NCBI GenBank assembly: GCA_018650165.1
Contig: JABIGM010000045.1
Location: 1 to 28,583, forward strand
Direction of reading: 5' to 3'
Length of the DNA: 28,583 nt
Origin: Methanobacteriota archaeon
Lineage (GTDB): Archaea; Thermoplasmatota; Poseidoniia; Poseidoniales; Poseidoniaceae
Made by a program: the position numbers and the translations under genes
Part shown: one piece after another, positions 7,985 to 17,536 of the stretch
Layout of the letters: each line of letters starts with the position of its first letter
How positions within the stretch are numbered: position 1 is the stretch's first letter
The notes under the pieces: generated by a model
The model's database searches: none
Told to the model about the DNA's origin: nothing
What the model saw: only the letters and a program-made list of their open reading frames with translations

Positions 7985-10900
7985 ATGGCGAGGCAAAGAA
8001 TGGCACTTTTCCTTGTTGCAATGTTCTGTGTAATGTCATATTCACCACTGGTCAATGCTAACCCTCCATCAAGACAGGTCGATGTTGTGGTTGGCCTTGG
8101 ACCAGATGGCATGTCCGACCAGTTTTTCGTAGAAGTTCCAGATGGCGAAATCGTCACAGATTTTAATGTTAAAGTGTTTGAAAAAGCATGGCCAATCAAT
8201 GATGTTGTAACTCTTGAATCGAAGGCAGACTGGACGAATGGACATACAATGGATGGAGTTGATTACAATCTAACCGGCCTACGAATCTTGCCGATGAGCC
8301 ATGAATGGGATTTCGAAGGATCTGCACAAGGTTGGACTCTTTCAACCAGTGGTGGCTGGGCCCATGGATATGATTCAGCACAGGGCTCAACAGGCGGAGT
8401 TCATTCTGGAACATCAGCACTGTACACTTACAACGGAAACTATCCAAATTACATGGGTGGACCATATTGGGCTACATCTCCGACTATTGATTGCTCTTCA
8501 TGTTCTGGAACTTGGGATCTAAAGTATTGGCGTAAACTCGGTGTAGAATCGTCATCATATGACCATGCATATGTATCTGTTAAGACCACTAATGGCGGAT
8601 GGACTAATGTTTATTCAAATCCTTATGGCTCAACAAATGATGGTTCATTCACACAATTGACTCATGATATTAGCAATCATATTGCTGGCAACTCTGCTTT
8701 CCAGGTCCGGTTTGGGCTTGGAACGACCGATAGTTCAGTAACTTATACTGGGTGGAATGTTGACGATGTTATTCTTGAACCCAGAAGTAATACGGGTACA
8801 GGAATTGCCAATTGGACCAGTCAGGCATTTGGTCCTAATTCCAATGGTAATATGGAGATGCAACATGGCTTGATGGCAATAGATGCCACAGTTCCGATGG
8901 GGTCAATAATGCAGTGGAGCATTATTGACGCAACTGACGGTTCACTGATTCCAGGATTTATCGACCGTGATGATTTATCTGCCGACCTTTCGGTTATCGA
9001 TGAAAGGGCTCACCCTGTAGTTCAGTTGAAGATACGTATGGAATCGACTAGTGATAGCCCGATTATACATTCCATAAAATTAGGTGGAGGTATGATTGAG
9101 TCATTTACCACCGACCCTGCACTTTCCGGTTGGAATGGTTTCACCTCGCATAGCAATGGAGCTGTGAGTGGAAGTAACACGCTCTATGCTCCCGAAATAC
9201 GCACAACGCATCCTTTTAGTGCCATTGAAATGGACTGGGCCGGCAGTGGAACTGGTAATTTCGAAGTATGTTTTAGCGAAGGTAGTTTGTGCACATCGGC
9301 AGATTGGGAGACCATACCCTCTGATGGAAAAATGGCATTAGACCAGCCAAGTGTTAATTTTGTTCTAAGATGGAGTGGGAGTGGTTCATATTCAATCGAC
9401 CATGTCGAGGTTGACTTACATCGACAGTCCTCCCCTCTCGATGCCAGAATTGATATTGGCATGGATGGTGTTAGTGAATGGTCATTCACCGATTCAGCAA
9501 CAGGGGCATGGGGATTACAGGATAGATTTGTAGATGGTAATCGAAGTGTTGATATTTCGCTTACTCCGAATGGAAATCAGCAAGTACAATTCAATTATCC
9601 AATAAGAACTGGACTTTCTGACGGCTCATATGAATCGACTGGAAATATGATGTTTTCACTTACCCCTACAGATGCACCGGTTGATGGTGTGGCTGTAAGT
9701 ATCGCATTTGATGGTATTAATCTGTTTTCAGAGTCACTTGGCTTCATCTCGAAGCCAACAAGTTACATTCTCAGCGACAGTCAAATGCAAGACTTGGTCA
9801 CAGAAATTGAGTCAAGGGTAGCCGATTCCAATATTGTTGGTGAATTGGATGCTCACAGGGTAGAGCTCACTATTTCATCTTCATCAGGGGGTAATCTTCT
9901 AGTTTCAGGATTATCGATACCATATCGATATGACGCACAAATTGATGGGGATGATTCGTTACCAATAATTGCAGCAATAAATTCTCAACTAGCACAGATA
10001 ACTGCAAATAATGGAATTAAGAAAGTCTTGATACCTATTGTAATGACAAATCCCGGGCACCTTTACATCTGGGATTATGGGATTCAAACGCTTGGTTCTC
10101 CCGCACCATTGTCAATGTCGATGACCAATCAAACCGATACATTGGTTGCAGGAAATGATTGGTATGAGTTCAGCAGTAAATTTGACCTTTCAAGCATTGG
10201 TGTTTCTGATGCTTCCCAGCAATTTAGCAGCGAGGGATGGTCATCCGTATTCACTTTGGGTGGAAGTGAATGGAGCCGTTCAGTTTACTGTTCAGTTGTG
10301 ACACATACATGTAATTCTGACCAAGGCATCATCATTGATTCGTTCTCACACACCTTTAGTGGTGCCGAAGTCGAGTTTTTCCACCGAATAAGAATCTCTT
10401 CGATCTGGCCAGATGAAGAAGCAATTATTGCTTCAAGTTCGATTGAAATGAATGGTCCAGAATCACAACCTGCACAAATAAGATTTGGTGCAGGATGGGC
10501 GATGGGTGTTGAGCAAGATGTAGATGTTGTAGATTGGCACTTGGCATTTGCAGATGGTGCAGAATCAACATGGGATGCTCCGTATATCGACCCATCAAAC
10601 CCTGGGTATGTAGAGGTTGAATTAGCATTCGAAGATTTAGATGATTCTCCACGCTCATCCGCATTTAGTATTGGGCTATACATGGATGGAGTTCAAACTG
10701 ATACAACACAGGAGTTGGTAGATGGTGTTGCGACCCTAATGTTCACTCCAAATGTATTGGCTAATGAGGTCGATTTAGAGGTATTTGTTACTGGTCTTTA
10801 TGGACAAAATGTAAATTGGAATGTTCCACAGAATGCGACATTCCTTTTGGATGATTTAGCTCCAATACTCCTCTCATCAAACGTCGCACCACTAGACCAT

Positions 10901-12802
10901 AGGAGCAATGAGGCTCCACTTGAATTAATCTTTGAAATCGGTGATAGGCCACTATTACCGCGGCATTCGCTACTTCATCTTGAATCATCGTGGGAAGGTT
11001 CGCGAACTGTAATTTTAGATAAGCCTGCTAACTTGAATGGTTTCCAAGGGGAGTATACCTCAGTTCTCGATGTAAGTAATGCTAATGTTGGAGATACATT
11101 GGCTGGTTGGCTCGAAGTATTCGACCCTGCCGGACATTCTTTACCAGATTCGGGAAGTGCTGAAAGTCCATTATTCATCATCCGATTTGGCCCTGATGGT
11201 GCGCCGATAATCATGGATGACGGGTTAGGTTGGACTCATGCTGACCATTGGTTACACCCTGGACAAAATTATAGTATGCAAATTCCTATCCAAGATGTCA
11301 ATGGGTATGGTGACATAGAATCTGTGGAAATTGATATGGCCTCAGACTCCCTTGAAAATTTGGTAATAGACTGGTCGTCTACAGACGGCTGTACCTCGTC
11401 AACTACTGAAATTGTAATTGAGGATTGTTTCATCGTAGGTGACGCTTACCACTTTGATGCAATGTTTACTTTGGAGGTTGTAATGTCTTTTGCATGGGAT
11501 TTCAATCCCGACTCTTCTCTCGAGAGAATGATTCGGATTACTGCGAGTGATGATTCAGGACAATCCTACCGTAGTGAGTTAGAAGCAGTCTGGCGATATT
11601 CAAGTGAAATGGAAGTAGATCTTACCAGTGTTGGTTTCGCAGGTTCATCTGCATTCGTTTCGCCGGGAGACGTAAGTCTTCTTTCGGTAGATGTAATCTG
11701 GACAAGAGGTGGGCAATTGGTTACAACCATGGTTGATATTACTGCCAGTATCAATGGTTCAGAACAATACGGGCTTACAACTAATGGTACTGCAGACTTA
11801 CTATTAATTGCTCCAAACTCCACAGGTATCCACCCGATTACCTTAGATTTAGTAAATTTACCATTAGGTGCAATTGACAGAACAGCCACTGAAGAGGTAG
11901 TGGCCTGGATGGTTGTTGATGGGAACCCACCTAGTGTTGTTCAATTCCTATCTCCAGACCCCTTGGCTCTCATACAGGAAAGAGATTGGAAGAATCTAAC
12001 TTTCGAAATAATGGTGAACGAGAGCGAAGGACTGGACATGGACTCAATGCGCATGTACTGGCTCATCTTACCGCATGGAATGGCAATCCCCGAACTAGCA
12101 TTACTTGGTGGGAATGTAAGTATGGAATTGATTGCGGGAACCGGTTCAGGAACATCGATTCCACTTGCTGCAACTCTAGACATCGATGCTATAATTCCTG
12201 AAGTAAGTAGACATAATCCATGGGACCTTTGGGTTTGGATTGCAGGAAATGACTTGGCAGGTCAGGAATTTGATTCTGGCTTCAATAGTAGAACAGCACC
12301 ATTGGCAATACTGCAATTAGCAAATAGAGAAGCGGACTTAAGGTTTGAATCCGAGGATATTGTAATTCCAAAGTCTAATCCTGGAATTGGAGATATTATC
12401 TGGCTAAACATTACAGTCCATAATGATGGACCTGTGGATGGAACAACTAGTGTTCGTGTTGAGGTAATTGAAGACGGGGATAAAAGTAGGCTCATTGAAA
12501 TCGTAACACTCGTTGTACCAGCTTCAAGTTCAATCTCATTTGAAACCAAATGGGTTCCAGAATACGATGGCACTGCTTGGGTAGAAGTATCTACGCCTGA
12601 TGGTTTGAAAGAGCGAACAGATCCAATTCAAATTGAAAAAGGAGAAACGACATTTATCATTGAGGGTCTGGATGGCGCAAGTAATACTATGCTTACCGGT
12701 TTTGCAGTAATTACATTCCTAATGCTTGGATTACTCGGTTATCTAGTGATGTCTGGTAAAAAGCAAAGTAAGTCCCAATATGATGAAGAAGATTACATTT
12801 GA
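7985..12802 (+). CDS. Very large (~1600 aa) secreted, C-terminally membrane-anchored surface protein; N-terminal MAM/adhesin-like beta-sandwich, C-terminal CARDB-like Ig domain
   Basis: Signal peptide MARQRMALFLVAMFCVMSYSPLVNA; WDFE..GW..HSG..SPTID..YD..W..DIS..FQVRF..GWNVDDV pattern; ADL..NPGIGDIIWLNITVHNDG; terminal TM followed by KK. Start uncertain (7952, 7985 or 8000). Confidence 0.85.
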   Translation: MARQRMALFLVAMFCVMSYSPLVNANPPSRQVDVVVGLGPDGMSDQFFVEVPDGEIVTDFNVKVFEKAWPINDVVTLESKADWTNGHTMDGVDYNLTGLRILPMSHEWDFEGSAQGWTLSTSGGWAHGYDSAQGSTGGVHSGTSALYTYNGNYPNYMGGPYWATSPTIDCSSCSGTWDLKYWRKLGVESSSYDHAYVSVKTTNGGWTNVYSNPYGSTNDGSFTQLTHDISNHIAGNSAFQVRFGLGTTDSSVTYTGWNVDDVILEPRSNTGTGIANWTSQAFGPNSNGNMEMQHGLMAIDATVPMGSIMQWSIIDATDGSLIPGFIDRDDLSADLSVIDERAHPVVQLKIRMESTSDSPIIHSIKLGGGMIESFTTDPALSGWNGFTSHSNGAVSGSNTLYAPEIRTTHPFSAIEMDWAGSGTGNFEVCFSEGSLCTSADWETIPSDGKMALDQPSVNFVLRWSGSGSYSIDHVEVDLHRQSSPLDARIDIGMDGVSEWSFTDSATGAWGLQDRFVDGNRSVDISLTPNGNQQVQFNYPIRTGLSDGSYESTGNMMFSLTPTDAPVDGVAVSIAFDGINLFSESLGFISKPTSYILSDSQMQDLVTEIESRVADSNIVGELDAHRVELTISSSSGGNLLVSGLSIPYRYDAQIDGDDSLPIIAAINSQLAQITANNGIKKVLIPIVMTNPGHLYIWDYGIQTLGSPAPLSMSMTNQTDTLVAGNDWYEFSSKFDLSSIGVSDASQQFSSEGWSSVFTLGGSEWSRSVYCSVVTHTCNSDQGIIIDSFSHTFSGAEVEFFHRIRISSIWPDEEAIIASSSIEMNGPESQPAQIRFGAGWAMGVEQDVDVVDWHLAFADGAESTWDAPYIDPSNPGYVEVELAFEDLDDSPRSSAFSIGLYMDGVQTDTTQELVDGVATLMFTPNVLANEVDLEVFVTGLYGQNVNWNVPQNATFLLDDLAPILLSSNVAPLDHRSNEAPLELIFEIGDRPLLPRHSLLHLESSWEGSRTVILDKPANLNGFQGEYTSVLDVSNANVGDTLAGWLEVFDPAGHSLPDSGSAESPLFIIRFGPDGAPIIMDDGLGWTHADHWLHPGQNYSMQIPIQDVNGYGDIESVEIDMASDSLENLVIDWSSTDGCTSSTTEIVIEDCFIVGDAYHFDAMFTLEVVMSFAWDFNPDSSLERMIRITASDDSGQSYRSELEAVWRYSSEMEVDLTSVGFAGSSAFVSPGDVSLLSVDVIWTRGGQLVTTMVDITASINGSEQYGLTTNGTADLLLIAPNSTGIHPITLDLVNLPLGAIDRTATEEVVAWMVVDGNPPSVVQFLSPDPLALIQERDWKNLTFEIMVNESEGLDMDSMRMYWLILPHGMAIPELALLGGNVSMELIAGTGSGTSIPLAATLDIDAIIPEVSRHNPWDLWVWIAGNDLAGQEFDSGFNSRTAPLAILQLANREADLRFESEDIVIPKSNPGIGDIIWLNITVHNDGPVDGTTSVRVEVIEDGDKSRLIEIVTLVVPASSSISFETKWVPEYDGTAWVEVSTPDGLKERTDPIQIEKGETTFIIEGLDGASNTMLTGFAVITFLMLGLLGYLVMSGKKQSKSQYDEEDYI

Positions 12803-12845
12803 ACCTCCCAATGGTTTGAAATGTGTTTGACCTCCACGTCGAACC

Positions 12846-13148
12846 GGAGGATGCAGGAGGGCTGCTGACAGACTTCGAGTCTGAGGAAAGTCCCCTCTCC
12901 ACAGTGCAAGCGGTCGACACAAGTCGGGACACAGAAATGGGTCGGTCAATGGTGCAGAAACGAACGATACGAGGTGTGTACGATGAATCCGGAAGGACGA
13001 GATTGCCACGTGGTCGATGAGACGAGCAACCCCGCTGGAGCAAGTCCAAACAGTCCCGCTTATGCGGCACGTTCAGGGACAGGTAGGACGCACAGTTGAA
13101 TGCAGTCACCGAAAGGGAACAGAAAGGGGCTTACTCCCTGCATTCTCC
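12846..13148 (+). ncRNA. rnpB: RNase P RNA, archaeal type A
   Basis: P1 GGAGGATGCAGG/CCTGCATTCTCC; CR-I GAGGAAAGTCC (12883-12893); CR-V AACAGAAAGGGGCTTA (13118-13133); P2 GGCTGC/GCAGTC; P5 CTCC/GGAG; P7 AGCGG/CCGCT; P6 GTGC(12904)/GCAC(13067); P15 GTCC/GGAC with L15 GGTA; TTGAAA at -30. Confidence 0.95.
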
Positions 13149-13193
13149 ACTATATTTCCACCTGTTGGTCAGCGATTTAAACACTGAGCCGTT

Positions 13194-16004
13194 TTATTCT
13201 AATATTGCATCCACTGCTTTCATTTTCTCATCGGTTAGAACAATGCCATCGCCAAAGTCAATGAAACTAGGCTCACCTTTGATTTTGCTTCTGATAACCT
13301 GGTCTGCAGTTAGGCAAGCAGGAAGCAAGAAAGCACTAGTTAGGAATGCAAAGCCGATAAGTGACATCATAATCACAAAGAAATTTACTAATCCAGGGAA
13401 CGCCACAAAGAAACCGGCCCCAAGTCCTGCTATTGTTGTTGCAGTTGTTTCAAAGATAGTTTGTCCGGTTTGTTCTACAGCATGTGCCATTCCTACAGCC
13501 GTTTCCCCTTCTTCCTGTATTCGATGCATCACGTGAATTGCATCATCAACTCCAATACCGAACACTATCGTTCCTATCATCGCAGTGAATATATTGACAT
13601 TTACATCACCCGAGTTCATCAGTAAGGGTTGCCAAAGGATAATTGTCGCTACAGGTATCATTGTATAGATTCCCAATCGTGGTGAGCGTAAGACAATACA
13701 CATCACAATTGTGAGTATTATTAGAGTTAGAATTGTGGTATAATTTTGGGTTTCATGAATTCCTTCATTGATGTCAAGACTTACTGGCAGTCCTCCAGTA
13801 AGTGGCGATACTCGAATCCCTTGCTCCTGCATAGGCTCATCCAGCATGACATCGATATTGTCTCGTAGCATGCTAGCATTATCCAAATTCATGTAGGGTT
13901 GAGTAACATAAACCAGCGCCTTACTTCCTCCTTCATTGGTTAGCATCCATTGCACTTCTTTTGAAAGAGTATCATAGGCAACATTGACCATGTCTTTCCT
14001 CAAATGTTCTCTACCTTTACCATCCGTTGAAGTTGCATCCAATAGCATCCAAGTAGCACACTCGGCACTATTTGACTCCCAGCATTCTTCATGTAATAGG
14101 CCCCACAAATTCCCATCATAAATTGAAATTCCAGTTGTGGGTTCAACTATGACTACGGGGACAGCTTCGAGGAATGTGATCAGACTCGTAGTATTGGTAT
14201 AGGGTACTTCAGAAATCCGGTTTTCAAGAGCATCCATAGCATCCAGAACTTCAAGGGATCGTATCTTCATCTCTTGGTCATTAGCGTGCTGGGATGCATC
14301 AAAGATGAACAGTGAAGTTTGCCCACCTGAGAAGGTATTAGAGTACTCAACCATCGCTTCCATTGAATCAATATTATCGGGTGTTTGGTCCGAACCAGTA
14401 ATTGGTTTATCCATCTCGTCGAGGTACATTAGTCCCGCTACTGAAATTGACCCTGCGATTAATAGAACAACACCAAAATGCTTTACCGGAAGTCTTGAGA
14501 TTTTGCCCCATACTGGTGGATTAGAACGCTTGTTAAATCTCAGTAACCAGATAAGAACCGGTACCAGTATCATCGAGAACACCAGTGTTGCAAGAATACC
14601 TGCAACAAGAGTCATTCCCACAGAGCGAATTGGTATGATTGAAACAATATTTGGTAATATTAGAACAGAGAACCCTACAACTGTAGTTGCAGCCGAAATC
14701 AATACTGCGATTCCAGTTGTCTTAGACATCTCCATCACGCATGAGCGGTAGAATTCCGGGTCCCATAAATCCGGAACTTCAAGAGGGACCTGGCCTTTGC
14801 GACGCCTTCGTTCGTTTTCATCAATGACCGTATCAATTCTTTTTCGCCGCACCTCTTCGATACGATTTACCATGTGGAGGGCATAATCAACACCTAAACC
14901 TATCAAAATAGGAAATGTGGCAATAATCATCGGAGTTAATGTCATTTTGAGCAATACTGATGCTCCAAATGTAACTGCTAAGGCCATTACAATAGGGGTG
15001 CCTGAAATTACTACAACCTTCCAAGAGCGATGAAGTAGTGTGATAATTATCACAGTCAGGAATAATGAAATTGGCATCATGTTGAGCAAATCCAAATATA
15101 TTGCATCAGAAACATCCTCCAAAATCTTGGATAGACCCGTCTGTGTCATAGTGGTGATTCTGTATTCTTGTGGCCGGTTATCTTCGTCTATCACTTTGTC
15201 TACATGCGTGAAGAATTCTTTGTAATCTTCCCATTCGACAGTGTCACTTATCTGGTTTGATGAAATCATTCCAACCAATACTGCAGTTGTATCCCAGATA
15301 CCATCGCCATTGGTATCTTTAGCTAGTGAATCGAGCGAACCATTTGACTGATTAACGATTTCATCAACCCTCTCCTGTTGATCTGGAATGGCATAAAGTC
15401 CCCCACCTCCACCCGGTGCTTGTTGTATCGTATCGCAATCAATTAATTGCTGAGTCAGGCGTTCACCCGGATTTTCACACATAGCATGATTGAATCTTCC
15501 ATCACTCGAATTAATTTCTTTGATAATTTGTGAAATAGAGATAATCCAAAGAACTCCGTCGTTCTTTCCGTGATCTTCCTTGTCCCAGTCTAGACCATTG
15601 TTTTCAAGTCCAGGTGCACGTTTTTCATCATCACCTTCAATCCAAGATATTTCATGTAAAATATCTACATTAGTGACGTTAAAATCAGCGCCATATATAC
15701 TTGGATCATATGCGTTAGGTGTTTTAATGTAAATAAATCCAACATCTGTAGACCATTCACTTCGCACTTCTAATAGCAGGTCAGTAGACTCAGCACCTTC
15801 TGGCAGGAAAATTTCAACATCGTCAACAATTTGGTCTTGGAAATTAGTTCCTATGTTTCCAAGCCAGACTGAGATAATTACTAGTAATATCAATGTTGTT
15901 TTGGGCTGAGTAAGAATCTGAGAATAGAATGTATCCAGACCTGCTTCGGCTTTTTCTCGAGCCAGGCGGGAGTACTCCGCTATACGCTCTGAAGGCTCCC
16001 CCAT
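13194..16004 (-). CDS. MMPL/RND-family transporter (HAE3-like), copy 1
   Basis: Two repeats of TM-large loop-5TM; motifs GLGVDYALH and GIGVDDAIH; TGG..V before the second TM bundle. Start MGEPS at 16004 has TTCATG at -30. Confidence 0.92.
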   Translation of the reverse strand: MGEPSERIAEYSRLAREKAEAGLDTFYSQILTQPKTTLILLVIISVWLGNIGTNFQDQIVDDVEIFLPEGAESTDLLLEVRSEWSTDVGFIYIKTPNAYDPSIYGADFNVTNVDILHEISWIEGDDEKRAPGLENNGLDWDKEDHGKNDGVLWIISISQIIKEINSSDGRFNHAMCENPGERLTQQLIDCDTIQQAPGGGGGLYAIPDQQERVDEIVNQSNGSLDSLAKDTNGDGIWDTTAVLVGMISSNQISDTVEWEDYKEFFTHVDKVIDEDNRPQEYRITTMTQTGLSKILEDVSDAIYLDLLNMMPISLFLTVIIITLLHRSWKVVVISGTPIVMALAVTFGASVLLKMTLTPMIIATFPILIGLGVDYALHMVNRIEEVRRKRIDTVIDENERRRRKGQVPLEVPDLWDPEFYRSCVMEMSKTTGIAVLISAATTVVGFSVLILPNIVSIIPIRSVGMTLVAGILATLVFSMILVPVLIWLLRFNKRSNPPVWGKISRLPVKHFGVVLLIAGSISVAGLMYLDEMDKPITGSDQTPDNIDSMEAMVEYSNTFSGGQTSLFIFDASQHANDQEMKIRSLEVLDAMDALENRISEVPYTNTTSLITFLEAVPVVIVEPTTGISIYDGNLWGLLHEECWESNSAECATWMLLDATSTDGKGREHLRKDMVNVAYDTLSKEVQWMLTNEGGSKALVYVTQPYMNLDNASMLRDNIDVMLDEPMQEQGIRVSPLTGGLPVSLDINEGIHETQNYTTILTLIILTIVMCIVLRSPRLGIYTMIPVATIILWQPLLMNSGDVNVNIFTAMIGTIVFGIGVDDAIHVMHRIQEEGETAVGMAHAVEQTGQTIFETTATTIAGLGAGFFVAFPGLVNFFVIMMSLIGFAFLTSAFLLPACLTADQVIRSKIKGEPSFIDFGDGIVLTDEKMKAVDAILE

Positions 16005-16056
16005 GTGTCGTGGGGTGCACAACCAATCCATGAAGGCTATGCTAGATGGGGCGGTT

Positions 16057-16989
16057 TCATGCCCATCCGAATTCCTTAACCAAAAGGTGACGAATGAAAT
16101 TCCGTGCCGATTGTAATACGAGTCCAGTTGCCATCAACGCTAATCCCAGAATGCCAATCCAAATCGATGTGAGGCCGGGGCCAACTATTGCATCGACTGA
16201 ATCAGAAATTCCATTTATTGCGTTTAGGGCCATTGCTGCACCTGTAGCGAACAAACCAAGTCCAGGCAATCCTAGAACAAGCAGGGGTTTTTTGTGGGAA
16301 AGAGAAATCATGGCCCATGCTAGTACGGTAAAGCCATGAGATAGAGCTGTGAAATTACTGCCTTTAGGAACATCATAACGAATTACCGTAGGAACTTCTT
16401 GAATAGTCAGATCTTTTTCATGTGCATCCTCAAGCATTTCAAGTGACAATTCCATACCCTCAGCATCAAAGCGCAAGCGCTCAATAGCAGATTTTGAGAA
16501 TGCACGGTATCCAGACTGAGTGTCCTGTATTCCAAGATCACTGGAAAGATTGGATGCTGCAGTAATTACTTTGATTCCAAGCCTTCGGTAAGCCGGCATG
16601 TCTTCACTACCGCCACCGTCTACAAATCGACTTCCAATTACAAAGTCCGCTTCACCAGAAAAAATAGGAGCAAGCAATTTCGGAATATCCGCAGGGTCAT
16701 GCTGACCGTCGCTATCAAGAATTACTAGGGCATCAGCATTCATTTCTCTAGCTTTGGAGAATAGTGTTTTCAGCGCACCACCGTACCCACGGTTTACCCT
16801 GTGGCGATGAACGATTGCGCCGCATGACTCTGCGATTCTTGCACTTGAATCAGAAGAACCATCATCGACACAAATTATGTCATCAACGTAATCTAGGACC
16901 TTGGTAACGACAGTCCCAATGGTCTCTTCCTCGTTGTACATGGGCAGGCCCGCGACGATTCGCCGGGGCGTATCAGGGCCTTCCTCCAT
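16057..16989 (-). CDS. Glycosyltransferase family 2, polyprenol-phosphate glycosyltransferase-like, with C-terminal TM helices
   Basis: LPMYNEE, VDDGSSD, NRGYGGAL, LDSDGQHDP, IGSRF, DTQSGYRA; ATATAT box at -29. Confidence 0.92.
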   Translation of the reverse strand: MEEGPDTPRRIVAGLPMYNEEETIGTVVTKVLDYVDDIICVDDGSSDSSARIAESCGAIVHRHRVNRGYGGALKTLFSKAREMNADALVILDSDGQHDPADIPKLLAPIFSGEADFVIGSRFVDGGGSEDMPAYRRLGIKVITAASNLSSDLGIQDTQSGYRAFSKSAIERLRFDAEGMELSLEMLEDAHEKDLTIQEVPTVIRYDVPKGSNFTALSHGFTVLAWAMISLSHKKPLLVLGLPGLGLFATGAAMALNAINGISDSVDAIVGPGLTSIWIGILGLALMATGLVLQSARNFIRHLLVKEFGWA

Positions 16990-17060
16990 AGTAATACGCG
17001 AAAACTGGTCCGATATATGTGATTCGGCGCCAAAACAGTTCTAACTTCTGTTGTAGGGGT

Positions 17061-17092
17061 GCCTGCTCGCCTAGCACATAGGACGAGCAGGC
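17061..17092. other. Strong GC-rich stem-loop in the 3' region of the small gene 17118..17372
   Basis: GCCTGCTCG-CCTA-GCACA-TAGG-A-CGAGCAGGC: 13-bp stem with a one-base bulge; no U-tract follows on the minus strand. Confidence 0.6.
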
Positions 17093-17117
17093 GGGGTTTT
17101 GGGGGTTAGTAACTAAC

Positions 17118-17372
17118 TCAGTTACTGAGATGGTTTACTGATGTGACAGCGCGGCTTCCATCTATGATGCTTGAAAGAGCATTCATGCTGATCACCAATT
17201 GAACATATGTCTGTCCATCACTAGTTACGTATGTCGCACAGTCTTGGAAAGAACTAGTGTTTATCGACAACTTTACAGCACGGCCTGCGTTAGATTTCCT
17301 TACGAAACCTACAAGCATACTAGTTGCATTTTGTTCATTCTCGGGCTCGGTATTTTTTTGTGTTTTTGGCAT
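17118..17372 (-). CDS. Small hypothetical protein (84 aa) with an internal beta-beta-alpha pseudo-repeat
   Basis: Clean ORF with SD GGAGTGA upstream; resembles a short protein type I associate with Thermoplasmata, but no named family recognised. Confidence 0.8.
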   Translation of the reverse strand: MPKTQKNTEPENEQNATSMLVGFVRKSNAGRAVKLSINTSSFQDCATYVTSDGQTYVQLVISMNALSSIIDGSRAVTSVNHLSN

Positions 17373-17536
17373 TTATATCACTCCTGGAACTTTTGGTTAT
17401 CGCTGTGTTGTTCCACCTCACAGCAAAATACTATTCAATGTCAAAAGTCCTTGTCTTTTTCTAACAGAGGTGGCGTGAAAGTAAATCTAGACGGTGATAC
17501 TGAGATTATTAAAGCAAGAGAAGCAGACGCCCTTAC

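Noticed and set aside
12692-12703. LTGF before the C-terminal TM of the giant protein as a PGF-CTERM archaeosortase signal
   Set aside because: It lacks the Pro of PGF and has a longer acidic tail than typical PGF-CTERM proteins; treated as a plain TM anchor.
7985-12802. Giant protein as an extracellular peptidase
   Set aside because: No HExxH or subtilase catalytic motifs were found by eye; only accessory-type domains are recognisable.
12711-13109. ORFs 12711..13109, 12743..13009 and 12823..13020
   Set aside because: They overlap the RNase P RNA gene, which explains the sequence fully.
17439-17444. Bacterial-type -35 hexamer TTGACA on the minus strand
   Set aside because: No -10 element at 16-18 bp spacing, and the context is archaeal.
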